From the IMG/VR virus record IMGVR_UViG_3300017613_002557, positions 26,005 through 90,004 of that record: a DNA stretch of 64,000 nt. The stretch is one strand, 5' to 3'. The stretch comes from a virus. The notes beneath the pieces were generated by a model. That model was not told the origin of the DNA. It did not search any database and was given only the letters and a program-made list of their open reading frames with translations. Below, one piece after another: positions 1-8,368 of the stretch. The first letter of the stretch is position 1; each line of letters opens with the position of its first letter. Position numbers and translations under genes: made by a program.

Positions 1-80
1 AGTCAATTTATGGCCGCCCGATCAGTTACTTTATTAAATGCCCGCCAATAAAAATTCCCTTTAGCTTCAAAAAGCGCGGA

Positions 81-665
81 ATGCTGCTGTTTACAAAGAA
101 AGATCCCAACACCGGCGAAGACATATATCACATCCTTGATCATGTTGGTATGCAATATCAGGTTGCTGATATGATCGAGGAGGTGAGGGCGCATGGGTTG
201 TCTCGGAAAACCCATGAAAACTTTCCGTTTGATAAGCTGGATCCGTTCAAAAGCAAAATCTGGCTGTGTCACTCACAAGCGTGGATTCGTAGAATGACAG
301 ACACATTTGAGACGTGGGAGTGTCAAAAAAAACTTGTGGCCCATATGCCGGATTACATGCGAGAAAATACTCCGGAACTGTGCTGTAGTGGCGGCTGGTA
401 TCAAAACATCCGCGATGCTGTGCCTTATGTGAAAACAGATGTTATCGATCTGTTCCCGCGTCCTGTTGAACGAACATTAGAAGGAGGACATACATACATT
501 GGATCAGCATCTCCAGAAGACTGTGAACTTGAGTATAACGAAGCGGTTTTTTTGGTGCTGCCGATTACCAATATTTCGGTCCCTGAATATGGGGCCGAAT
601 CAAGACGGGTTGTTCAAAAAATCAGAGAAAAGTCTGATATTCCAGTTCTCGAAACGGAGGCATAG
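81..665 (+). CDS. Hypothetical phage protein (true start may lie upstream of the window)
   Basis: 194-aa ORF, co-oriented with and tightly packed against the next gene. Confidence 0.6.
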   Translation: MLLFTKKDPNTGEDIYHILDHVGMQYQVADMIEEVRAHGLSRKTHENFPFDKLDPFKSKIWLCHSQAWIRRMTDTFETWECQKKLVAHMPDYMRENTPELCCSGGWYQNIRDAVPYVKTDVIDLFPRPVERTLEGGHTYIGSASPEDCELEYNEAVFLVLPITNISVPEYGAESRRVVQKIREKSDIPVLETEA

Positions 666-666
666 T

Positions 667-897
667 ATGTACCAAAACAACACGTTTAAAAGTGACTGCA
701 TCTATAGCAGACATGCGTCTGTCAATAAATACGGCGAAATAGATCCAACCACTAGAAGAAAAGGATTTTTTATGGAGTGGCATCAATCAAACAACAGAGT
801 TCGTGCAATTGTGGTTGACGCCGAAACGCAAGCACCTGTTATGGTTGGTTTACGTCAAATTAAGTTCGTGCCTGAAATTAATAACACAGAATCATGA
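667..897 (+). CDS. Hypothetical protein (MYQNNTFK...)
   Basis: ATG at 667 preceded by GGAGG, directly after the upstream stop codon. Confidence 0.6.
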   Translation: MYQNNTFKSDCIYSRHASVNKYGEIDPTTRRKGFFMEWHQSNNRVRAIVVDAETQAPVMVGLRQIKFVPEINNTES

Positions 898-940
898 AAG
901 TATGTATGTGTTGCATGCACATATATACGATCAATAGATT

Positions 941-2263
941 ATGCAAGAAACACCAAATCACAAAATACACGCATTGATTAAAGAAACGTTCGGGGACCAT
1001 CCGGTTTTTCTCAAAACCGGTGATTTTTACACCACCTATAACGCCGATGCACACACAGTAAGCGGCATTATTGGTGTCAAAATACAGAAAATTGACAATG
1101 ATACCGGGACATACGAGATGCTGGAAATTCCGCCAGACAGCAATGGACACTTCGACAGCATCAAACACTTGCGCCCGGTCATGGTCAATGATACAAAAGA
1201 TCCATTCAATACTTTCCGCTATTACGGCGAAGACAAGCCAAAGCAAACTGAACTCTGGGAATTGCCTGATCAACCGATAATACGGCCAAAACGGCGAATA
1301 CTTCTGCTCGACCAATTTGAGCCAAATGATAAATTCCATCGGTTGCCACCAACTGAAGATTTTGTCACAAGCATGCGATACGTTTTGATCAATGACATTG
1401 CGGTCGCTGAACCAGACGAAGATGGTGAATTTTTCAAAGTCGCTGCTGGTCAAGGGCGCATATGGTCTGCAAGAATCCTGAACGAACGACTCGGAGAAGA
1501 ATCACCATATTGGGGCGGTATCAGATCAAATGTGTGGCCGAAAAACACACCACTTGATTGGATTCGACTCATTGAGAATAAAATCCGTGAAGAGAACGTT
1601 CTAAGCGACTTATTCGCTTATAAGAACCTTCTTCAATCCGGCAGAACGGTTGCTGAAGTCTCCAGAATGGTCGGGAAAAAGCAGAGCGCTGTTAAACGGA
1701 CTCTGTCACTCGATGCGCTGGTTCCGGAATTGCGTCAACGGCTTATGACCGGCGATATGTCAGCAACTACGGCATTACATGTGGCCCGTAAAAAGTGGAG
1801 TGAGAAAACACAGCAGGCGTTTACTAAAGACTGCAAAACACGCAACGTATCGGACAGGATTATTGGGAAAGATGTGATGGAATTCCTGAAGGTTCACGAG
1901 GGCAGGCAAGAGTTTTTTGATTCAATTAATGATGACACCAGGTCGCTTGAAGAACTCAAGGAAGAGAATATCAAAGAGACGACTAAACAGAATCCTGGTG
2001 AATACACGTGCCACGATTGTGGCGGTACTGGCTTGTACCCGACCGGAAAAGGTGTTGCTGGGGTAACATCTGCGATTGTCAAAAAAAACGCCTACAACGC
2101 TGCTGATGAATCAGAAGAACCATGTTACCATGATGAGGTGACAATTGTCTTTTCATTTCAGTCGCCACTGAATTCAAAAGCTCCATTGAGTATGACGATC
2201 TATGCTCAGGACGGGCAAAAGTACGCCAAAGAAAATTTTCACATTGACGCTGAGGTCAAGTAG
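941..2263 (+). CDS. ParB/Srx-family protein with N-terminal MutS domain I-like region and a C-terminal CxxCxGxG motif
   Basis: FLKTGDFYTTYNADAHTVSGIIG resembles MutS-I; VAAGQGRIWSA, LIENKIRE and an HTH (GRTVAEVSRMVGKKQSAV) resemble ParB; CHDCGGTG. Confidence 0.7.
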   Translation: MQETPNHKIHALIKETFGDHPVFLKTGDFYTTYNADAHTVSGIIGVKIQKIDNDTGTYEMLEIPPDSNGHFDSIKHLRPVMVNDTKDPFNTFRYYGEDKPKQTELWELPDQPIIRPKRRILLLDQFEPNDKFHRLPPTEDFVTSMRYVLINDIAVAEPDEDGEFFKVAAGQGRIWSARILNERLGEESPYWGGIRSNVWPKNTPLDWIRLIENKIREENVLSDLFAYKNLLQSGRTVAEVSRMVGKKQSAVKRTLSLDALVPELRQRLMTGDMSATTALHVARKKWSEKTQQAFTKDCKTRNVSDRIIGKDVMEFLKVHEGRQEFFDSINDDTRSLEELKEENIKETTKQNPGEYTCHDCGGTGLYPTGKGVAGVTSAIVKKNAYNAADESEEPCYHDEVTIVFSFQSPLNSKAPLSMTIYAQDGQKYAKENFHIDAEVK

Positions 2264-2325
2264 GTTTAGAATTGGTCAAATACTGAGGCTGGGATCCCCG
2301 CCTCAACATAGCATTGGAGAATAGT

Positions 2326-2967
2326 ATGAAACCCTACATCAGACAAAAAGTAAAGAGGGCACGAGAGGTGTTTTTGAGTCGGTTCGACATCGAGCTTTCA
2401 ATGAAGATGCACAATCAATTGGTCGGGCAGATTACGAATGGAAACGCTGAACTTGTGGCACATAAAGATAGAAACACCGCCCTGTATAGAATGACGATAC
2501 GTGGGCAAAAGATGGTCGTTGTCTATCATAAAAAGGATCAGTACATTGTGACGGCTCTGTTTGATAAAGAGCAAACCCATACATTAGCCTGGGAATGCGG
2601 GTTTAAATGCGGACTTGCTCGTCAACAGACGAAAAACCCGCACCCAGAAGACACACAGGAATACTGGGAATTTGAACACGGCAGAATTGCCGGTAGAAAC
2701 CGGAGTATTGAGAGCGCGAACATGCCGTCTGCAAAAGAGTACAAAGAAACTCATGGGAAAATCCCGTACGGCACAATTCTTTTGCTGTGTGACGATACCT
2801 ACATTTTTTCTGAGCGTTCTAATGGGTTTGTAGTTACTGGCAGGACGTCAGGAAATAGTGACAAGGGCATCGACTTGCGTCAAAGAGGTGCGCGGGTTGC
2901 AGGAAGATGTTCAGACATAAATACGTGGCTTCGATATGGCTCAATTTTTCCGCTTGAGGAGGTATAG
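2326..2967 (+). CDS. Hypothetical protein
   Basis: ORF with a GGAG RBS before ATG 2326. Confidence 0.6.
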   Translation: MKPYIRQKVKRAREVFLSRFDIELSMKMHNQLVGQITNGNAELVAHKDRNTALYRMTIRGQKMVVVYHKKDQYIVTALFDKEQTHTLAWECGFKCGLARQQTKNPHPEDTQEYWEFEHGRIAGRNRSIESANMPSAKEYKETHGKIPYGTILLLCDDTYIFSERSNGFVVTGRTSGNSDKGIDLRQRGARVAGRCSDINTWLRYGSIFPLEEV

Positions 2968-2968
2968 T

Positions 2969-4729
2969 TTGACTCACAAACGTATTCCTGATACGGTGCT
3001 TACTGAAATCAGACAACAAGCTGACATTGTCGAAGTGATTTCAGAATACGTCGCATTGACGAAGTCCGGGAAAAACTATAAGGGACTGTGCCCATTCCAT
3101 CAGGAAAAAACGCCGTCCTTTGTGGTCAGTCCTGAAAAGAAAATTTTTCACTGTTATGGCTGCGGTGTCGGTGGAAATATCTTCTCTTTTCTTGTAAAGC
3201 ATGAAAAGTGCTCGTTTCCTGAATCTGTCGGTATGTTGGCAAAACGCGCCGGTATCAACATGTCGGACAATACTGACACACAAGGCACACAAGGCACACA
3301 GCAGATTGAACACAAAGATCAACTGTATCGGCTACACAAGGATGTTAGCGAGTATTTCACAACACAACTTGTCAGCAATCATAACGCTACTGAGCGCCTT
3401 CGGCAACGAGAGGTCTGCGCGGCAGCGGCACAGTCATTTTCACTAGGATATGCACTCCCGTCATGGGAGAATATACAGAAACACTTTGCCAGCAAATACC
3501 CGATCGATCTGCTTCTTGAAAGCGGCTTGCTAATACAGCGTAAAAATGGCAATGGATACTATGACCGGTTTCGTGATCGGATCATAATTCCAATCACAGA
3601 TGATCGCGGCCGGGTGATCGCGTTTGGCGGGAGAGCAGTCAATGATGACCTAAAATATGTAAACTCGTCAGAATCACCGATCTTTCAGAAAAACCGGGTA
3701 CTGTTTGGACTCAGTCATGCAAAACAAGCCATTCACCAGCATGGGTATGTCGTAATTGTCGAAGGTTATTTTGACATGATTGTGCCCTTTAGTCTGGGTG
3801 TGCAAAATATCGTTGCCACAATGGGAACGGCATTAACACAGCAGCACTTACGTGTACTTCAGCGGTATACCCGCAATGTTGTTCTGATGTTTGATGGCGA
3901 TCACGCCGGAATCACTGCTGTGCAGCGTTCTCTCGATCTGTTTCTTGAGTCTGGGTTTACTGTGACGGCTGCTGTTCTACCAAAAGATATTGACCCAGAT
4001 AAGATGATTCGAGAAATGGGAGTAGACCAATTTAAGCAATGTATCACACAGGCGCACCCACTGCTCGATTTTATCCGTGGTCATATCATGGCACAATACG
4101 ATCTTTCGCGTACCGATCAACGTGTCGCCTGCGCGAATAAAATCTTGGCGACAATTGTCAAAATTCAAAATATTCCAGAACGCAATACCCAGATCAGTAA
4201 AACTGCCGGGTTGCTCCAAATAACGGATGCGGACAAAGCTCTTCTGGATGAATTTCGTAAAGGGACACGTACCGGCAAGCCACGTGTGACAATTCCGGTA
4301 AAGACAGAGATCGCACTTCCTCCTCTGGAGCGCTTTCTAGTGAAAGCCCTGTTGAAAGACAAACAGCTTATTAAATATGTCAAACATGTTGGGCCAGCTA
4401 CTTTTTCGCACACAATCACACGTAAAGTAATTGAGGTGTTGCTGTTTAACGAAACATCTGAGTGCGAGTCACGTGTTTTAGACCACTTTCACACAGCAGA
4501 CTACCAATCATACCTCACAGAACTGTTTCTGCAAGTAGATGAGGTTGTGGACCCAGAGACGACAGTCAGAGATTGTTTGAACAGACTACAACAACAGACA
4601 GCCAGGAAACGTGCATGTAAGGACACATTGCGGCTGCAAGAACTACAAGAGCAAACAGACAGTGTCGAATTCGCTGCGCTTATCCAGCGCAAAAATAAAC
4701 AACTTCAGGAAAAGCGACATCAAAAATAG
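2969..4729 (+). CDS. dnaG: DNA primase DnaG (CHC2 zinc finger, TOPRIM, C-terminal helical domain)
   Basis: GLCPFHQEKTPSF...HCYGC, YDRFRDRIIIP, AFGGR, KYVNSSE, VEGYFD, FDGDHAG, DPD; TTG start at 2969 after GAGGAGG. Confidence 0.96.
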   Translation: MTHKRIPDTVLTEIRQQADIVEVISEYVALTKSGKNYKGLCPFHQEKTPSFVVSPEKKIFHCYGCGVGGNIFSFLVKHEKCSFPESVGMLAKRAGINMSDNTDTQGTQGTQQIEHKDQLYRLHKDVSEYFTTQLVSNHNATERLRQREVCAAAAQSFSLGYALPSWENIQKHFASKYPIDLLLESGLLIQRKNGNGYYDRFRDRIIIPITDDRGRVIAFGGRAVNDDLKYVNSSESPIFQKNRVLFGLSHAKQAIHQHGYVVIVEGYFDMIVPFSLGVQNIVATMGTALTQQHLRVLQRYTRNVVLMFDGDHAGITAVQRSLDLFLESGFTVTAAVLPKDIDPDKMIREMGVDQFKQCITQAHPLLDFIRGHIMAQYDLSRTDQRVACANKILATIVKIQNIPERNTQISKTAGLLQITDADKALLDEFRKGTRTGKPRVTIPVKTEIALPPLERFLVKALLKDKQLIKYVKHVGPATFSHTITRKVIEVLLFNETSECESRVLDHFHTADYQSYLTELFLQVDEVVDPETTVRDCLNRLQQQTARKRACKDTLRLQELQEQTDSVEFAALIQRKNKQLQEKRHQK

Positions 4730-4741
4730 GAGCGTACGCCG

Positions 4742-4939
4742 ATGTTATCAAACGAGCAAGTTACCAAAATTCAGGCTGCTATTCAGGCTATTGAGACAGC
4801 AGAAGAAGTTAGTATTTGTCATACTTTTCTGACCGATGCAAAAATACTGTTACAAGAAGTGCTTGGCGAAGATCAGTCTGATCAATATCTTGACATTGAG
4901 GCTAAAATATTCGATGAAAGCGATTTTGACGAGGGCTAA
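4742..4939 (+). CDS. Small acidic hypothetical protein
   Basis: AGGAG RBS, 65 aa. Confidence 0.6.
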   Translation: MLSNEQVTKIQAAIQAIETAEEVSICHTFLTDAKILLQEVLGEDQSDQYLDIEAKIFDESDFDEG

Positions 4940-4943
4940 ATAT

Positions 4944-5180
4944 ATGACAAACGAACAAAAGTTACACCTTGCTCTTGCAACTTTACGAGGTATCGTAGAC
5001 TATGAAAGATCGCTAAAAGACACTCCAGGATTCGATGGTGCTGTATGGGTAATGTCATATACAGGACTAAACATGTGTGGATATTTGGACAAAGATTTTG
5101 GCGATCTTCATGCATACCCAACAGAGAAAGAGAACCCTCAAAGGTGGGTAGCAGAAAGACAACAATGTCATGCAAAATAG
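4944..5180 (+). CDS. Hypothetical protein (MTNEQKLH...)
   Basis: ATG 4 nt after the previous stop, GAGG upstream. Confidence 0.55.
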   Translation: MTNEQKLHLALATLRGIVDYERSLKDTPGFDGAVWVMSYTGLNMCGYLDKDFGDLHAYPTEKENPQRWVAERQQCHAK

Positions 5181-5348
5181 CACTGCCGGTATTTAAATGG
5201 CACACAAGACGTGATTTTTATCACGAGTAAGTCGTGACAATTATATTGTTATACGCCTTGCGGCAGCGCAGTTCCTTGAAAAAAAAGTTTCTCCTTGTTT
5301 TCCTGTTATACAGGCGAAATCAGACACGGGGCAAAAATGTTTCATTTA

Positions 5349-5392
5349 TTTTGTTTAATCTACTTGACAAATTAAACAAAAAGACTTATTGT
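5349..5392 (+). promoter_or_regulatory. Sigma70-type promoter with an inverted-repeat operator around the -35 box
   Basis: TTGACA(5364)-17-TATTGT(5387); TTTTGTTTAAT (5349-5359) / ATTAAACAAAA (5371-5381) flank the -35. Confidence 0.65.
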
Positions 5393-5448
5393 GTATATTA
5401 CAAGACGGAAACAAGGTAAAACAAACAATCAAAACAAGGAGAAAAATC

Positions 5449-5679
5449 ATGAGAGATTACACACAAGAAGAAGCTGACCGGAAAGAATTAGTTGCAATGA
5501 ATCAGGCTATTGAAGACGCCTCGCAAGGTATGAGCTACGAAGAAATGATGAAAGATCCAAAGGTTGTGGTATTAATCCAAAAACGTGATGACTTCAAAGA
5601 ACAAATCGAGGCGATGGCACAGGAAGAACTCGACGAATACAAAAAAGAAAATCCTTTTTTCAGTGAGTTATTAGCATGA
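5449..5679 (+). CDS. Small acidic hypothetical protein (cassette gene)
   Basis: AAGGAG RBS; ATGA overlap with the next gene. Confidence 0.7.
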   Translation: MRDYTQEEADRKELVAMNQAIEDASQGMSYEEMMKDPKVVVLIQKRDDFKEQIEAMAQEELDEYKKENPFFSELLA

Positions 5680-5885
5680 AGAAAGAAACGAGAGGTGGCG
5701 CAGGCAGGAATCAAGGCTTGCGCCCCGGAACCTATAAAAACGCACAGAAGCCGCCGGAATTTAAGCATAGTATCAAAAAGCAAGTAAGCTACACGCCGGA
5801 ACAGTGGCAGCGTGTAGAGGCAAAAATGAAAGAATACGGCATAAAGAAATTTAGCGATTATGCCAGAATGTTAACTTTATCATAG
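5676..5885 (+). CDS. Small basic DNA-binding protein, possibly ribbon-helix-helix
   Basis: N-terminal RGGAGRNQG motif followed by an RHH-like strand-helix-helix (KQVSYTPEQWQRV...FSDYAR). Confidence 0.6.
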   Translation: MKKETRGGAGRNQGLRPGTYKNAQKPPEFKHSIKKQVSYTPEQWQRVEAKMKEYGIKKFSDYARMLTLS

Positions 5886-5889
5886 CGGC

Positions 5890-5951
5890 GCATAACAAAA
5901 AATTGTACGCGACCGGAAAAAGCGCCCGGCGCGTAAATTTCGCCGTTATGC
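5890..5951 (+). mobile_element. Integron attC-like recombination site 1
   Basis: GCATAAC...GTTATGC; inner arms AATT(G)TACGCG(A)CCGG / CCGGCGCGTAAATT pair with two extrahelical bases; 62 bp. Confidence 0.85.
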
Positions 5952-5973
5952 AACTTATGTTTGGAGGTAACGC

Positions 5974-6714
5974 ATGAAAATAGAACAACATATTTTAGAT
6001 ATAATCGAAGAAGGCAAAACAGACGGGAATTTATTTTTTCTGCCAAATCGTCAGCTTGACCGCAAGGTTTACCAGGATGTAAACAAGGTTCTTGGGTGTC
6101 TCGGAGGAAAGTGGAATCGGAAATTTAAGGCCCATGTGTTTGAGTCTGATATTTCAGGCGCTATTGATGATGTACTTTTAACCGGCGAAGTTATTAGCAA
6201 GAAACAAGAGTTTCAGTTTTTTGAAACGCCGGAACCTATTGTCAACCAACTTATCGAATTAGCAGAAATTGAAGTAGGGCATAAATGTCTTGAACCTTCT
6301 GCCGGTCATGGGAATATCGCTGAAGCATTGCGCGAAATTGTTGGCGATAACGTGACGTGTGTTGAAATGATGCCGGAAAATGTTGCTGTCCTTGTAAGCA
6401 AAGGTTTTCAGGTGCATGAAGGTGACTTTTTGCAGTATCTTTCCGGCGTAGGTTATGACAGAATTATCATGAATCCTCCATTCACACGACAACAGGACAT
6501 CGCCCATGTCGAAAAAGCTTTAATGCATCTGAAGGATGGCAGTATTCTTGTTTCTGTGATGTCTGTCGGCGTAACGTTTCGACATGACAAAAAGACAACT
6601 GACTTTTGGTATAAACTTAGTGGATACGATTATGAGATTATTGAGTTGCCAATAGGAGCGTTTAAGGTTTCCGGTACTATGGTCAATGCAATAATCTTGA
6701 AGGTCGTTGCATAA
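5974..6714 (+). CDS. N6-adenine DNA methyltransferase (cassette-borne)
   Basis: FFETP, LEPSAGHGNIA (motif I), IIMNPPF (motif IV); the stop codon lies within the attC R'' box. Confidence 0.88.
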   Translation: MKIEQHILDIIEEGKTDGNLFFLPNRQLDRKVYQDVNKVLGCLGGKWNRKFKAHVFESDISGAIDDVLLTGEVISKKQEFQFFETPEPIVNQLIELAEIEVGHKCLEPSAGHGNIAEALREIVGDNVTCVEMMPENVAVLVSKGFQVHEGDFLQYLSGVGYDRIIMNPPFTRQQDIAHVEKALMHLKDGSILVSVMSVGVTFRHDKKTTDFWYKLSGYDYEIIELPIGAFKVSGTMVNAIILKVVA

Positions 6715-6817
6715 CAACCGCTTGCAGCCAGATTTGACCGCGTGGGTTCAAATCTGGCTGCTAAATTACAAGCTTCGGTGGCGCGTGGGTTCAAACTGCT
6801 GAAGCGGAACGTTAGTA
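6709..6817 (+). mobile_element. Integron attC-like recombination site 2
   Basis: GCATAAC AACCGCTT(G)CAGC...GCTGAAGCGGAAC GTTAGTA, with one extrahelical base and an internal hairpin; 109 bp. Confidence 0.85.
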
Positions 6818-6839
6818 GTGCTTGAGAGGGATAATAATT

Positions 6840-7130
6840 ATGGACGGGAAAGAGATGTGTGCATTATTGAAACAGGAGGCACAAAAAGGAAATATTTGTT
6901 TTTTCGCTACACCTGATGAACTTGTAAAAGTGAACCTTGATGAGTTTATCAGGCAACCAGCAGAAGGTATGCTGTATGATTTGAATAGAAACAAAATCAC
7001 CGTATTACATTTCATCACTCAAGGGAACATGAAATGGGTGAATAATTATGCAGTGGCATTAGTGATAGAAAAATTAAGAGAGGTTGTTGGCCGTACTGCT
7101 AACAAAACATTGGAAACGACACAGGGCTGA
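6840..7130 (+). CDS. Hypothetical protein (cassette gene)
   Basis: Starts 23 nt after attC2 with a GAGGG RBS; reads through an attC-like half-site. Confidence 0.7.
   Translation: MDGKEMCALLKQEAQKGNICFFATPDELVKVNLDEFIRQPAEGMLYDLNRNKITVLHFITQGNMKWVNNYAVALVIEKLREVVGRTANKTLETTQG
7097..7120 (+). mobile_element. Left half of a degenerate attC-like site 3
   Basis: TGCTAAC AAAACATTGGAAACGAC has the R''/L'' pattern; no matching right arm nearby, but a complementary GTTAGCA occurs at 7404-7410. Confidence 0.5.
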
Positions 7131-7189
7131 GCGGTGAACTTGCGGAAGCATTTAAAAATTAGATCCTCTGTTGAGCCGCCTTTTAAAAT

Positions 7190-7408
7190 ATGAAATATTT
7201 TTCTGATGATGAAATGTTGAAGAAAAGTCAGTTTTTTGCTTTTGCCTGCATTGGTGGGATGAAAGAAGGTTTTGACTATTCAGAGACGAAGGCGCTTTGT
7301 AAATATTGGGGCGAACAACGGCGAAAAAATCACTATCATGGTGGGTTTTTTAAGGAAGTTTCAGGTCAGCAGGCGTTGCGTCTACAGCGCCAGACTAGCA
7401 AAAGTTAG
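7190..7408 (+). CDS. Hypothetical protein
   Basis: 72-aa ORF, weak RBS. Confidence 0.35.
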   Translation: MKYFSDDEMLKKSQFFAFACIGGMKEGFDYSETKALCKYWGEQRRKNHYHGGFFKEVSGQQALRLQRQTSKS

Positions 7409-7451
7409 CAAATGACTGCTGTGACGCGCATCGCTTGAGAGGTGAAATAGC

Positions 7452-7835
7452 ATGAATTGGAATACACATTTTTACTTGTATGCAAAAGGCCACTATCAGA
7501 AAACTGACCTGATTGAGGATCTCAAGAAGGTTTTTGCAAAACGTTCAGCGGTTCCATTAGAGTGTTGTCAGCCAAGGGATGTGGCAATAGCATTGCTTGA
7601 ATTAGCATGGAAGCACATTGCTGAAAGTGGGAATCCTGAATATCAATTTATTGAATTTATCAGCAGGCTCAGCCCCGTTGATATATTTGGACAAGAGCGT
7701 TGGTCTGGGGGTGATGGTTTCTGGAAAGTTTTGTTGAATGATTGCCTGCCTGTGCTACGGAATACGAAAGTGGCAGGTTTGGATTTAGGGGAAGCTGATC
7801 CGAAAGTGCTGCCGTTAAGATCGCCAAAGCATTAA
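7452..7835 (+). CDS. Hypothetical protein
   Basis: GAGGTG RBS, 127 aa. Confidence 0.7.
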   Translation: MNWNTHFYLYAKGHYQKTDLIEDLKKVFAKRSAVPLECCQPRDVAIALLELAWKHIAESGNPEYQFIEFISRLSPVDIFGQERWSGGDGFWKVLLNDCLPVLRNTKVAGLDLGEADPKVLPLRSPKH

Positions 7836-7944
7836 GAAAGGATATTGATATGTCAAAACATAGAGCACTTGACGTATAGACGAAAAAAGCCTCGACGTTT
7901 TTATGGGCAAGTCAAACGGGAGATTCTGCGCATAGCACAAAACA

Positions 7945-8367
7945 ATGCACAAAACACGTATTTCAATCAATGATACCCCACCAATAGCAATGCTGCGAAG
8001 CTGTCTTGCCGTTGCGTATGATCGGGTCATCCCCTCTGATTACATCGGTGATGCAGAACGAGAAGAGGGCTATTTTGAAGGTCGTTTTGTTGCTATTGCG
8101 GCCCTGCCTATTTCACATCGTTTGTGCTTCCTCGTGCGTCTCGCCGGCGAACGCTACGCTCAGATTTATACCAACTGTAACGCGCCAAAAATCTTTAAGA
8201 CAAAATACTATTGTGTGGACGAGTGGCACGATGGAATTGGGAAGATTGATGCATCCAGGGCATTTTCGACCAAGAAAACCGCCCTGGAATATGGGCATGA
8301 GGTGCTTAAAGGGACTGAAATCTTAAATGATCTCGAACATTACGAGATCACCATTCTTTTTTCATGA
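7945..8367 (+). CDS. Hypothetical protein
   Basis: 140-aa ORF converging on the minus-strand operon. Confidence 0.55.
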   Translation: MHKTRISINDTPPIAMLRSCLAVAYDRVIPSDYIGDAEREEGYFEGRFVAIAALPISHRLCFLVRLAGERYAQIYTNCNAPKIFKTKYYCVDEWHDGIGKIDASRAFSTKKTALEYGHEVLKGTEILNDLEHYEITILFS

Positions 8368-8368
8368 T

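Noticed and set aside
7363-7410. Complete fourth attC site
   Set aside because: GTTAGCA and a short stem are present, but the left box lacks AAC; at most a degenerate remnant.
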